64,000 bases of DNA from Octopus bimaculoides (Eukaryota), in contig NC_068989.1 of the NCBI RefSeq assembly GCF_001194135.2, positions 44,242,330 to 44,306,329 of the forward strand, read 5' to 3'. Positions 12,227-25,866 of this stretch are shown here, one piece after another; position 1 is the stretch's first letter; each line of letters opens with the position of its first letter. The position numbers and the translations under genes are program-made. The notes beneath the pieces were generated by a model. It saw only the letters and a list, made by a program, of their open reading frames with translations, was not told the origin of the DNA and made no database searches.

Positions 12227-15067
12227 GTATGTATATGTATATACTCATGTATGGAATATATTTCTTTACTCTGATTTTTTTGCTTGAATAGAGTTAGTTC
12301 CCTTTGAAATTTATCTTCTGGTCGATAGCGTCTTTAGATCTCGTGTGTTTGTTATTTTCCCACATTATAAACATTTCATATATTTTGTTTCATTTCTTTC
12401 TTTGTGTGTATCCTCGATTACGAAATTGTTCCTTGACGCTGCTTCCTTTTTCTCTCACAGATGTTTGAGCCACTTTATTCATCATCAACTCTAAAATCTA
12501 TATAACAATCAGTCCATTCAACTCTACCTTTTTCTCACAAAACATCTGCTATCTCACTTGATATTTGAAGAAAACTAAATCAGTTGTGTCTTGTAATATA
12601 GTTTATAAAGTATTACTCTAATTTTATCCAGGTAAATCTCTTCAAACTGCATTAATGAGCGCATGTTGCATATAAACACACATTTACACATTCAGGTGCA
12701 GGCATGTTTATGTGCTTGAGAAGTAAACTTCTCGACTGTGTCAGTTCAGTCCAACTGTGCGACACCTTTAGCATGTGTTTTCTGCTACAGCCCCAGATTG
12801 ACTTATGCCTCGTGAGGGGATTTGGTAGATAGAAGCTAGAAGGAATCTGGCATATATACGGGGTGAGCCAAAAGTTACTCATCAAAACATTTGACATATC
12901 ATTATTTTATTCAATTTTAGAGAAGTTGAAGAATGTCTGTGACAATTCTGGAGTATATTGAACTTATTTTGTGTGTGACTTTTGCCACCTTGTGTGTGTG
13001 TGTGTATATATGTAATGTAACTACACGTGTTGTTGGTGATTTCTTTGGATTTTTTTTCTTTCTCCTTTCTGATGAAGAGCTATACTCAAAATATCCAAAA
13101 CTCTCTCTTTTTACTGAGCATCAAACTAATACATTTCTTGTACACATCCTCTTGTTGTTTGTTAATGCTAATTTTATTGTTCGTTTATTTGAACTAGAGG
13201 GGTTACACTCGGGAGCTGAAGTTCTGTTGAGCTAATGCTGAGTTTTTCATGTCTTGCAAGAAGAAGGACCTTTTTTATTCTGGAGCCACTACAACAGACA
13301 GTAAATGACAGTAAATGTGAGTTAACTTGATAACAAATACTTCTGGAAAAGAGCCAAACCTGTCAATGTTATTTTCATAGGTCCATCTAGGTGACACCAA
13401 AGGGCTGCATTTAGATAGACCCATCTTAAATGATGCCAACAGGCTGTGGTCAACTGTAGAATCCATTGCATGTGTTGTCCACCTGGATGACATGCACTCA
13501 TCTAGATAATACTTGGTTCATGTATTCAACTGGGTGACCACACTAGTCTAGCTGCATTCACCTGGAGGTTATGACACAGGCTAGTCATATCTTTCTTGGG
13601 GACATCAGCTCAATATATTCATTTTGGGGACATCTGCAACATGTACTCCATTTTTGGTGGGGTGCTAAAGCAGAAAACTCTGTTCAATGAAAATACCAAT
13701 GTACATACATATGGAACATGTGACATCACTCTAATCAATAAAAACAGAAAATAAATAAAAAATTAAAATGCCTTATTTATTTTCAATTAACAGAAGAATT
13801 TCTATTCTTGGAAATTTTTAGAAATTCTTCAAAAATTTCTGACTCTTTTCTGTTTTTTTTTTTGTTCTCAAGTACTGAAGAATATGTCCTGCCTTTTACA
13901 AAATCTGTTTTTACTGTTTTACCATCCTCCTGTTGGGTTTGAACCCAGGAATGGTCCTCAAGGAATTACATTTTCATGCTGTTTTCTTTTGTTTTCATTT
14001 TATATTATTTTCTTTTGATCAGTCTTACCACTTTAAGAATCACCAGGCCTTTGTAACTCTCTCTCTCTCCTTCTCTCCCTCTCCTACACTTTTGCTCTCT
14101 CTCTCTACCCCTCTATCTCCTACTCCTCTCTCTACCACTTCAACAAACTTTTTAACCATGTAATTTCCCTATTTTTCTCTCTTTCTTTTCCTCACCTCTC
14201 ACTTCCACTAACCATGTGACCACATAGTCAGTGGGAGTGGCTATCTGCTCTCTCACTCACTCTCCCACCCCTCTCCCACTCACTCCTACCACCTCCTTCT
14301 CTCTTGTAAACTAACAAACAAGCAGAATTATAATATGGATATTTTAATTATTGTGTTGTTCTTTATAAATGGAAGTCACATTCAGACTGTGCTGTTTGTT
14401 TCCAGTTTTTTTGTGTAGGATGTTTGTTGTTTGGTAGACTAGAAGATCATTACCTTGCTTGGAAACAAGTGAACATTGGTAGCCAGCTTTAGAACATCCT
14501 GCTTCAATGTAATCCTGTCTGATCCATACAAGCATGGAAAAGTAGACGTTAAAAATGATGATGGTGATGATGATGAGGATGATGTTGCTTGCTATTGTTG
14601 TTGTTGTTGGCGGCAGTGGTGGTGGTGGTGGTGACGGTGACAACTATGACTGATTACTATGAAATTTCACTGTTAAAATTGGCTTCTCAAAATTAGTGTT
14701 ACCAGCTGCAGTGGTGAGACTTAAAAGTAAGCAGTCAATGTTGAATATGTGTGTGTGTGTGCATGCGTGCACATGTGTGTGTTTATGTGTGTCTGTGTGA
14801 GTGTGTTTATAGTATACTTACATGATAAACTCCACACTTGCAGTCATACATCTAACTACACAATATGAAATACCATATATATATAATGTGTGTGTGTGTG
14901 TGTGTGTGTGTGATTCATTTGGTTGGAAAGAAAAGATTTTGGGGTAATTGGTTCCAATTTGGCAATGGCAGCTATAAATCTGATTTATTCCAATGTTGAT
15001 AAAGTTGGAAAGCAGTTCAATAACTAAAAATAATTATAATGATAATAAGGATTTCTTTTATTATACT

Positions 15068-15098
<31 letters not shown>

Positions 15099-15413
15099 TT
15101 AATAATAACAAATATCATCATGATTGTGAAAATGTTTTTAATCCATTTTTGAATTCCTATTATCTTTTATTTTGTTTATATATTTTATTTTTGATAAAAA
15201 TTACCAGAAATTTGATAAATTGTGAAATGTCTTAACAATGAAATATTTGGGTTTGCTTTTTATCTTTTTTTTATGTTCCCTGTATTCTTCTATTCTTATT
15301 CTGATATGACCTACCCATAATCTATTTCTTAATGTCATAGATAGCATGGTTTTAAAATCAGCCGAAACATTGGTTTGTGTATTCCTACAGACTATTTTGT
15401 TGTTTATGAAATA

Positions 15414-15444
<31 letters not shown>

Positions 15445-16518
15445 TTTTCTACAACTTTCCTGCCATCATTCTGTATTATTGCTTCTGCTAATGCATAAAC
15501 ATTGCAACATTTTATTTCAGCCTCCCAATAAATTTGAGGCCTTGTGCACATGCACGAGACAAATATTTTTATCATGAGGGCATTGCTAAAAAGATTTTGG
15601 GAAAGGTATGAACATTACAAACAAACAGATAAGTGAATAGACGAATAAATGATTCTTGAGATCAACTGTATTGATAAATATTTTTCTGGTCTGTATATTT
15701 TCTAAGAAAATTTCTTTAAAATAGNNNNNNNNNNNNNNNNNNNNNNNNNNNNNNNNNNNNNNNNNNNNNNNNNNNNNNNNNNNNNNNNNNNNNNNNNNNN
15801 NNNNNNNNNNNNNNNNNNNNNNNNNNNNNNNNNNNNNNNNNNNNNNNNNNNNNNNNNNNNNNNNNNNNNNNNNNNNNNNNNNNNNNNNNNNNNNNNNNNN
15901 NNNNNNNNNNNNNNNNNNNNNNNNNNNNNNNNNNNNNNNNNNNNNNNNNNNNNNNNNNNNNNNNNNNNNNNNNNNAATTTAAAATAATCAATGGAAATCA
16001 TTTTATTGACAGATATTTTTTTAATAGGTTAATCAATGAAGAAGCCTGTGACCCCTGCAGTCATGTCAAACTGCTGAGATTTAATACAGCTGGTGTTCAA
16101 CCTCTGTGGGCCATTTTACGCATTATAAAATCACAAAAATACAAACAAAAGACCCTAGGCAAATAGGAAGTTCCAGAGGAGTGTAATTCTTGAGAGGAAG
16201 GACTGGTAGTGGGGAAGTCAAATGAGACAAAGTTGGGGTGATAAAAGGAGGAGGGACTTGTGTGTAAGATGGGCCTGAGTTCAGAAAAAGAAAGTATCTA
16301 CTTACTTAGTTCAAAAGGGCAAAAGCCATTGTTGTAGTTGTACAAAATGCAGGAGTGGAGAGGACACATGATGGCACCTCTTGCCATGAACACTGTCCAT
16401 GGAAGGAAGATTTAGTACATACATATATCCACACAAACACCATACATACATGTAGAATTGTATGTATGTGTATATATATATATATGTATATATATATTCA
16501 CACATATACACACACATG

Positions 16519-16581
<63 letters not shown>

Positions 16582-16584
16582 TCT

Positions 16585-16905
16585 ATCGGTTATGACAACG
16601 AGGGTTCCAGTTGATCCGATCAACGGAACAGCCTGGTTGTGAAATTAACATGCAAGTGGCTGAGCACTCCACAGACACATGTACCCCGAACGTCATTCTC
16701 CGGAAGATTCAGCTTGACACGGAACGTGACAAAGCTGGTCCTTTGAAATACAGGTACTACTTACTCATTTTTGCCAGCTGAGTGGACTGGAGCAACGTAA
16801 AATAAAGTGTCTTGCTCAAGGACACAACACAGGTCACCAGGAATTGAACTCATGACCTTACGATCACGAGCCAAATACTCTAACCACTAAGCTACACACC
16901 TTCAC
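16585..16905 (-). mobile_element. SINE family C; further copies at about 5440-5725(-), 57800-58105(-), 34150-34330(+), 54290-54515(+)
   Basis: Repeated ggttccagttgatccgatcaacggaacagcctg...gtcttgctcaaggacacaac...gaactcatgacc. Confidence 0.78.
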
Positions 16906-17300
16906 ACACACACACACACACACACATATAGGCACAAAAGCATGGCTATATGGTTTCAGGTTCAGTCCCATTGCATGCCACTTTAAGCATGTGTCTTCTA
17001 TTTATAGCCTTTTTGAGTGTATCCGGAAAACCAGAGCTGACAGAAGCCTGTCGTGTGTGTGTGTTCACATCTACTTATCTTGACATCACACGCAGATTGT
17101 AAAAGAAGTCATTACCGATGCAAAAGAAGTGCCATTTGCTTGCAGTCTTCTGTGGAAAAGATGTCCAGGTTAAGGGAAATATTGCTTTTGCTTGAAAATA
17201 GGTGAAGATCAGCATCAGGAAATGCATTTGGCCATAGAAAATCTGCCTCAACAAACTTATTCTGACCCATGCAGGCATAGTAAAGTGGATGTTAAAACAG

Positions 17301-17338
<38 letters not shown>

Positions 17339-18489
17339 CAAACACATATATATACACACACACTATACATTTGTGTATATATATGTATATATGTGTGTGT
17401 ATGTATGTATATGTGTGTGTGTGTGTGTATATAATGTGTTTAACAAAATGACAGTAGTTATATCACATATATGATATATTGGTTGTGGTAGTAGTAGTAG
17501 TGGTTGCTGATAGTTGCAATGATAGTGAATGTTTAATAGATTAGTAAAATTATATATTGTGTCTAATCATGTAGCTTTCTTTACAAGAACTGTTGATAGA
17601 AATGTTCCATGAGAGATTAAGTCATTGGAACACAGCGGAAGACATCATCTTCCCCTATTGATTCTCAAGAACAAGACCTATTGTAATATATAAACTGTTA
17701 AATGTTAGAAGTTGTCATCTCAGAGCAAAATATTACTATCCTATATTTTCTGTTAAAGTTTTTAATATTTTGAGATTTATTTTCTTTCTAACCTCTCCAA
17801 TTTCTGTCTTTTCTTCTCTTTGCCTCCCCACCTTCTCCTGCTCTTTTTCCCTTTGTCTCTCTTTTCCTTCTCTCTCTTTTCTTTTCTTTGATTTTAAATC
17901 TAACAACCTTCATTGGCAACTAAAGTTCGTGCCTAGAATTTGCAAAGTATATTTCAAATAATTATGAAAATGAAATTATTTTTCTGATGTTTTATATATT
18001 TCAATGTTGAATACATTTAGTTTTATTGGAATCATTTTTTTCCCCCTAATTTGATCTTTTTAATTTAAGAATTTACAATGATGAAAAAAAGATTATTTTA
18101 ATACATATTTCATTCTGGAATAAAATATTACATTTAGTGTTAGTAATTGTTGTTCTTTCTTATTTGCTAGCCGTTTGGTTAGCAGGAACCACTGTACGAA
18201 ATATCATTAATTTTGACTTCTAATTTTTCTTTTTTTTTAACCACATTGCAGTACTTTGTAATAATGAAGTTTTTGGTATTCTTTCACTGTGAAATTAAAT
18301 TTCAGGTTATTTCAGCAACAATGTTGAATATCTACCAAAGAGTAGAATTGATATTTTTGCTAATTATGTTGCCACAATAAACTTGACATCTCTCAACAGA
18401 AAATAATTTCAAACATGACAAAAGATAAATTGGTATATAAAATTGCATTCTGCAGTTAGAGGTAATGAAATTTTAAGTAGCTATATGTG

Positions 18490-19100
18490 GGATACTAAAC
18501 TCCGCTTGCGAAGACCTATTGAGGCAAGTGAAATCAAAATCGAACTAAATTCGACGACTGGCACCCATGCCAACGTCTCCTTCATTGGACACTAAACTCG
18601 GCTTGCGAAGACCTGTTGGGGCAAGTGAAAGCAAAATTGTGATGGCACTTGTACCAGTGGAACGCTAAGAGCACTGTATGAGAGTGATCATTGCCAGAGT
18701 CAGCTGTCTGGCTTTTGCGCCAGTAGCACGTACATAACACCATTTGAGCGTAATCGTTACCAGCGCCGCCTTCCTGGCACTTGTGCCAGATGGCACATGA
18801 AAAGACATTCAAGCGAGATCGTTGCCAGTGCCGCCGGACTGGCTCCTGTGCAGGTGGCCCATAGAATACACCATTTTGAGTGTGGCCGTTGCCAGTGCCA
18901 CCTGACCGGCCTTTGTGCCGGTGGCACGTAAAAGCACCCACTACACTCTCGGAGTGGTTGTCGTTAGGAAGGGCATCCAGCTGTAAAAACTCTGCCAAAT
19001 CAGATTGGAGCCTGGCATAGCCATCTGGTTCACCAGTCCTCAGTCAAATCGTCCAACCCATGCTAGCATGGAAAGCAGACATTAAACAATGATGATGATG
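18490..19100 (+). mobile_element. Composite non-autonomous retroelement: ~65-70 bp tandem units plus a conserved LINE-type 3' tail ending (GAT)n
   Basis: Tandem gcgagatcgttgccagtgcc...tggcacgtaaaa-like units precede ctcggagtggttggcgttaggaagggcatccagc...acccatgctagcatggaaagc...gatgatgat. The tail occurs more than 15 times in the window. Confidence 0.65.
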
Positions 19101-22100
19101 TACTTACTACAGCAAAATGGTTAATAGAACAAAATTACTTTTAAGAGTTTCTTAATAATATTCTGACGAACATTTTTTAATAAATATATATACTTTTCCT
19201 CTTTACTACATCCCCTGAAATGCTATCTCACACCATCCGAGGATGGAGGCACCCCAGTTTGGGACTTCCTGACTTAGATGAACTTTTCTAGTAGTTTTAT
19301 TATTAAAGAAGTTTTCATAGGCACAAGGCTTAAAATTTAGAAGTGATGATTTGTAGATACCCTTTACTTGACTTCTACTTTATTTTATTGACCTCCAGAA
19401 GATGAAAGGCTAAGTTGGTTTGGCTGAGATTTGAACTCAGAATGCAAAATACCAAAACAAATACCATGAGGCATTTTTCCAATTCTCTAATGATTCAGCC
19501 AGCTGTAATAGGTGGTCACGTTTTCTCCTAAATTTGTTGAAGCTCTACTATCTTCCATCAGTGTGTGGAAGTGTCACAGTTACAGAAAAAGAGATCAGAT
19601 GTAATGATTTTATTTCAAAGTAAAATCCAAGATCCTCGGAAACTGTTGATAGACTGAGTCAGCAATCTGTTGTAGGAATATTTAACAACTGCAAAACTTG
19701 GAAATCGAATACAGATCATTATATCTGATGTGAAAAAACAACGCAAGAATATGGTTGCAATTGGCTAAAATATTACTGCCATAAAAAAAAATTTGACCAT
19801 TCAAGACTTCATAGAATTGGATCTAACAACAATTTCATCTTTGGTGCACTTATTCTGACCCAGACTATATGTTCAGCTCATTTTAGCCACTTACAAGGAG
19901 ACAGCAGTTAGAAAACAGTAGAACCAGAAGCAAGCCAGGTTCCTACCATAACAAAACTAAAACAGTGGACAGTGACAGCAACAACACACCTTGACCAGCT
20001 AACATCAAGAAACTCATGACCACAACTACTATCATACCTAGTCCAAGAACAATAAGCTTCTGACTGTCTAGGTGTTTGTTGTTGGAAGTAATGACATTTT
20101 TGTTAATGATAAAAATGAATATTTTTAAAAAATTACCCAGCAGCTTGTTAAGTGGTTGGCGTTACAAAGGGCATCCAGTCATAGAAACTGTGCCACAACA
20201 AACAATTGTAGTCTGTACGACTCCATGTCAGACCTTCCAACCTATGCTAGAATGGAAAGCAGATGTTAAAGGATGTTGATGATTATGATTTTCAATGTTC
20301 TTTATCATAATAAATTCACTGGAAAATTCACTGAAGAGTTTGACAAATTCAGTGATCAGGAAGAGTAAATATTAAAACATTTCGGTCTTTGCTTTTCATT
20401 TGAGAGTGGCAAATGCGAAGAAGTATTGTTCCTTTGATTACATGCTTTTGTATTGGTGTTGTAAGTCTTGGGTTGGACAAAGTGAGAAATTGTTATTAAG
20501 AATACAGTAATATAGTTAAAATCCTGAATCTGAAAAAAACTGATGATAGCCTCTAGTAACAACAATGAATATGAAACTTGTAATAGTCAGTACTGTCTCA
20601 GAGAGGAAGCAAGAGCACGGAATATTAGGTTCTTCACTACTTGCGATAATTTCACTTTTTTATGAATTATCCTATTTGAATTTCATTGAAGAACGAAACT
20701 AGATACATGATTAATACCATAAGTTATCTCCCTTGGAAACCTGCTCATAAAATTAACTTATTTTATATAGGTGAGATTTCTGCGTTACCTCCCTTGAATT
20801 GTTGCTAATCAAAACGAGATGTTTTGTTAATTTTACGAAGGAATTATGTATCTAGTTTGGTCAATATACAGATCCTCACCTGTTAACCCCCCCCCCCCAA
20901 AAAAAAACAGCCTGCTGGGTGTTAACAACTGTGTAGAAAATGAATATGAAAAAAAAATTGCGCAGACAAACCTGGGAGTGGGAGGAGAAGACTTTCGGAA
21001 AATTGTTTTATTCTCATACTTGTTTTAGTCATTTGACTGTGGTCATGCTGGAGCACCGCCTTTAGTCTAGCAAATCGACCCCAGAGCTTATTCTTTGTAA
21101 GCCTGGTACTTATTCTATCGGTGTCATTTGCCGAACCGCTAAATTATGGTGACGTAAACACACCAACATCGGATGTCAAGCGATCTTGGGGGGACAAAAA
21201 CAGACGCACAAACATATACACACACATACATACATATATATATGTACATATACGACGGGCTTTCAGTTTCCATCTACTAAATCCACTCACAAGGCTTTGG
21301 TCGGCCTGAGGCTAAAGGAGAAGACACTTGCCCAAGGTGCCACGCAGTGGAACTGAACCCAGAATCATATGATTGGTAAGCAAGCTACTTACCACATAGC
21401 CACTCCTGCGCCTATATATCGATTATTTTTTGTTACTGAATCCCATGTATTCGGCTAAGGAGAACCCCATTCTAAAAAAATATTGTTTGTAAAATTTCAA
21501 TTTTTCAAATATATATATANNNNNNNNNNNNNNNNNNNNNNNNNNNNNNNNNNNNNNNNNNNNNNNNNNNNNNNNNNNNNNNNNNNNNNNNNNNNNNNNN
21601 NNNNNNNNNNNNNNNNNNNNNNNNNNNNNNNNNNNNNNNNNNNNNNNNNNNNNNNNNNNNNNNNNNNNNNNNNNNNNNNNNNNNNNNNNNNNNNNNNNNN
21701 NNNNNNNNNNNNNNNNNNNNNNNNNNNNNNNNNNNNNNNNNNNNNNNNNNNNNNNNNNNNNNNNNNNNNNNNNNNNNNNNNNNNNNNNNNNNNNNNNNNN
21801 NNNNNNNNNNNNNNNNNNNNNNNNNNNNNNNNNNNNATGATTCTCTCTAATTTCACTTTGTCACACAGTATTTCTTTGCTATTTTTGCTTTTCTTTTTTC
21901 AAGACCTTGCTGTTATTTCTGCACTCATATTTTTTGTAACTTTCAAAACAAAGCAAAAAACATAAAATGAACACTTTAATTTCACATGAATCACTTTGCC
22001 ATATTATAGTTTGAAATTTCTCCGAAAGAAATCTGTGCAGAAAGGCGAGTAGATTGATTACATATTTCTTTCATTATGTTATCGCAGTTTTGTGAGATTT

Positions 22101-22929
22101 GGCTGTTATTTCTAGCATGTGGATAGCCTACTTGAAGGCCAAGGCCATAGAATTGGGAGGGGATGGTGTTGGTTTTTTGGGGGATTTTTTTGTTGTTCAA
22201 TATTATATCCATTATCCTGAAAGTTGTGAGGGAAAAATCGGATCTTGTGAATTTTCCAAAAGTTTTCTCAATCCCACCCAGGTTCGTTGGCACAAATTTT
22301 TTTTCATATTCATTTTCTACTCAGTTGTTACCACCCAGCAGGCTGATTTTTTTTTGTTTGTTTTCATTACTTTAGTATTATATGAGGATGTTCAGTATTG
22401 TGTACCTACTACCAAACACTATTCGTTTTCTCTCTTTCTACCATCCATATAACCATCAATTGCAAGATGATGTTATGAGTGGTGTTTGTCGGCTGGTCTG
22501 AGATGATGACTGGTTCAGTTGATGAAAGAAAATGTGTTTCTTGGGGTACATGACAAAAGTACCTGAACGACATCCACAAACATTTAACAGGAGATTTTAT
22601 TATTGCACATAGAGTTAAACTGTATTGGTCTTTTACAAATAACAACAGCAATAATCACATACTGGGAGAGATATACTGCTCGGAGTTTATGGCAAATTTA
22701 CTGATACAAGCAACACCTGACTGGCCCAACATAACTGGAAACAATTGTCCTTCATTCTTGGATAGAATGGAAACCCATCACACGATTGCCTTAACATTCT
22801 GCTTGGCTAGTGGTGCGATGTGTAATTAAGGTGCCCCCCACCCAACCACTTGTAGATTCAAAGAAGTTTTAGTTTGTGAATATGAGAGGGTGGAGGTGGT
22901 GATAAAGTCTTTGGGGAGCATAAAGAACA

Positions 22930-24160
22930 GCTAAGAGTCTCTACAAACAAAACAACCTGCAGAGATCAGATCTGTGGTGCAAGATTCTAGCCAAAAGAAA
23001 GATGATGTGATAGGAGAATTATATTGTAGATAGTCATAACAGCTGAAAGAAAGGCTTAGCTAGAAGAGAACTGAATGTCAAGTACACTTAGCACAGAGAG
23101 TAGGGAGTAAAAAATGTGCACATGTTCTATGACATGAGGTTCAAGGGTATACTAGAGAGAATCAAGATGTCACCGGGGAGAAATGTGTATGGAAAAATGA
23201 TGGCACACTTGCCCTTACTGATGCTGAAAAGAAAGGTGCATGGACACATTATTATAAGTAGTTGTTTAACTAGAGAGAAGAAGTCTGTTCTATGTAGATG
23301 TAACAGAAAATCCTGTTATTGAAGTTAACAACAGTATGGTAAAAATATATGAAGTGAAAGCAGCTAAACTAACAGAGATAGTCACTGAGCTACCAAAAAT
23401 ATCTGGTAATGTTGGTCACATGTTAGTCACACACATAATCAGGAAGTACAAGGTGTCATACCCATTGACTACCAAATCCTATAAGGGCAAAGATGTTCAA
23501 GAAAGAAGTAGCAACATTATCAGGTTAATAGATCAAGTGATAAAAGTTATCAAAAGAATTTGGAAGAGATTTAGTCAAGATGAGGTGCAGTTTGACTTTG
23601 CATTACAAAGAATCTCTCTCAGTATTCCCCTGTGAGACAACTGCAGAAGTGTTTAGCTTGGAGTGAATAAGCCACTATATTTAGCATTTGCTGACCTAGG
23701 AAGGCAATACATTAGTCTTTTGGTCACCAAAGAAACTAAATGTAAATGAATAGATTGAGACTATGGACAGACGTGTAGCCATCAAGACAGGAGTTAACAA
23801 TGAATACTTCAATGATTTTTAGCATGCTGTAATGGTTATAGATGCTTCTCAGTTCTCTATCCTATTTATTACAGTCTTCCAGGCCATGAAAGTAGAATTT
23901 AAGGCTGGCTGTTTATGCAGAGTTCATGTACTTGAGTCTAAAGGCCTGAAATCAAATTTATCAAAAACTGAGTTTTAGTAAGTAGGAAACAAATCAGGTC
24001 TCTACAACCATCAAGGGAATGGATGTACTGGATATGTACAAAGGGAGAATATGGAAATTCCAAATGGTGTATCCAATAGATACAGAAGAGATATAGTGGC
24101 ATTATAACTAGGTTGAGAGAGAAGTTAGACTTTATAGTGAAATTGTCGATTAAATGGCAC
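22930..24160 (+). mobile_element. Heavily degenerate RTE-like LINE (reverse transcriptase region)
   Basis: Fragments resembling YLAFADLxKA, QFSILFITVFQA and GLKSNLSKTEFLV are interrupted by many stops. Confidence 0.55.
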
Positions 24161-24204
24161 ACTATAATCTAGTCAGTATGAGAGAAAGAGTGGGGTCACC
24201 ATTT

Positions 24205-24619
24205 TGTTCATAACAACAAGAAAATAGATATTCATGAGACGTTTGTAATAAGTCATAACATATTTATTACTGGAGGTAATGCGTTAACATATAAGGTTAA
24301 TTGAAGGAAAGCTTTTAACCTTACATGAATATATTCTGTAAGCAATCACATGTCTCCAAGTAAGTGAGGCGAACATGTGTGCAAGCTGGTGTGTATGTGG
24401 TGGCTTGACTCAAATGCATGTTGAAGAATCAACAGACACTGAGTGGCACGAATTTAGAAATTCCTTCCTTTATAGAAGGGATGAACCAGAAGTCCCCGAC
24501 TTCCACGTAAACCAGAAGCTTCAGAATGTTCGAGAACTTTCTAGAAGCTCAAGGGAGATTACTCTTGTTAAATCCTTTTTTCCGTTTTGCTTTCCTGCTT
24601 GACCACAAGGTTCACTACA
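24205..24619 (-). mobile_element. LTR (TG...CA, 415 bp) followed by a PBS-like TGGTGACCCC
   Basis: The minus strand starts TGTAGTG and ends TGAACA, followed by aaa-TGGTGACCCC (24192-24201). Internal TATAAA and AATAAA are present. No partner LTR or gag was seen. Confidence 0.55.
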
Positions 24620-25110
24620 ACTTCAAATGCAGTTAATGCACAGAAGCTGTCAGTTGTAAGAGTACACATGTAATTGATTCTTTCAACTCTCAAAATGCTC
24701 CCTTAAACATAGTTGACAGTTGTTACTTGGGTGATCTAGATGAGGTTGGTGTTTTAAAAGCATTGTAGTCAGGAAAAAAGTAAGATTTGGGAAAATTGTA
24801 GGGAGCTATTACCATAACATAACTCTCAGGGTGATGGGCTGATTGAATGATGCTATTGTATGAAATGTGATCTGCAGAAATGAAATATGAACATTGAAAG
24901 ATCTCTAAAGACTAGGAGAAAATGAAGTTAGCATATTCCAGTAGATGTATAATGCTAAAGACTGTGAACAATGCCTTGAATGAGCTGAGAGAAAAAAAAG
25001 CTGGATATAAGAAGGAAGAATTAAATATAATCTGCCAAAGAGAGAATGGTAATGGCACAAGTATGTGATACATATAAAGGCTGTCAGTTGTATTAAGAAG
25101 TGTTTACTGT

Positions 25111-25866
25111 TTAGAAATAATACATTTCTAAATCTCTCAGAGAGATTTATGCAGTAGTGATACAATGAAGTAGTTGTATGCTGTCAACTTAATGTGACAG
25201 TCCCCTGAAAGGAATAATACTACTGTTGGTTAGACCTAGGAAGCTGCACCGCTTCCTGTCGGCCTTGACACATTTCCTGTGTCCTTATATTTACAAAGGG
25301 GAGACAAGCACCTCCACCCAGCTAAGCCTGCATCCAGAGACATGTTTCTGAGTCTTTGCTCGTCCACAGTCTGGAGTAGCTTGATCTACTAGTCAAAGAT
25401 GTCTGTCAAGCTCTTGCAAACATATCATAATTCTAGTGAAATACATTCACTGTTTCTAAATCTCTCTAAATCCCCTTCAGGGAACTGTCACGTTAATTTG
25501 ACAACATGCAACTACTTTATCATATCACTACTGCATAAATCTCTCTGAGAGAGTTAGAAATGTATTATTTCTAAATTTGAAATCAGTGAATGTGTTTCAC
25601 TAGAATTATTATATGTTTGCAAGAGCTTGACGGGCATCTTCGACTAGCAGGTCATGCTACTCCAGATTGATGATGAGCAAAGACTCAGAAACAAGTCTCT
25701 GGATGCAGGCTTAGCTGGGTGGAGGTGCTTGTCTCCCCCTTGTAAACATAAGGACACAGAAAATGTGTCAAGACTGACAGGAAGTGGTGCAGCTTCCTAG
25801 GTCTAACCAACAGTAGTATTATTCCCTTCAGGGGACTGTCACATTAAGTTGACAGCATACAACTAC
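25111..25866. mobile_element. Penelope-like nested inverted repeat (283-bp arms) carrying two hammerhead-like motifs
   Basis: 25170-25452 is the near reverse complement of 25584-25866, and 25111-25211 is inverted again at 25471-25575. Confidence 0.75.
25661..25703 (+). ncRNA. Minimal type-I hammerhead ribozyme-like motif (degenerate copy)
   Basis: tccaga-tTGATGA-tgag(caaaga)ctca-GAAA-caaGTC-tctgga. Stem I and stem II pair, but core C3 is mutated. Confidence 0.55.

Noticed and set aside
12006-12291. Many YIYI/HTHT/CVCV/NNNN/MMMM ORFs throughout the window
   Set aside because: They are translations of (TA)n, (CA)n, (AAT)n and (GAT)n microsatellites.
13275-13700. Possible Gypsy RNase H relic (TVDHSLLASFKMGLSKCSP)
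   Set aside because: It is a single short motif among many stops, too weak to call without a search.
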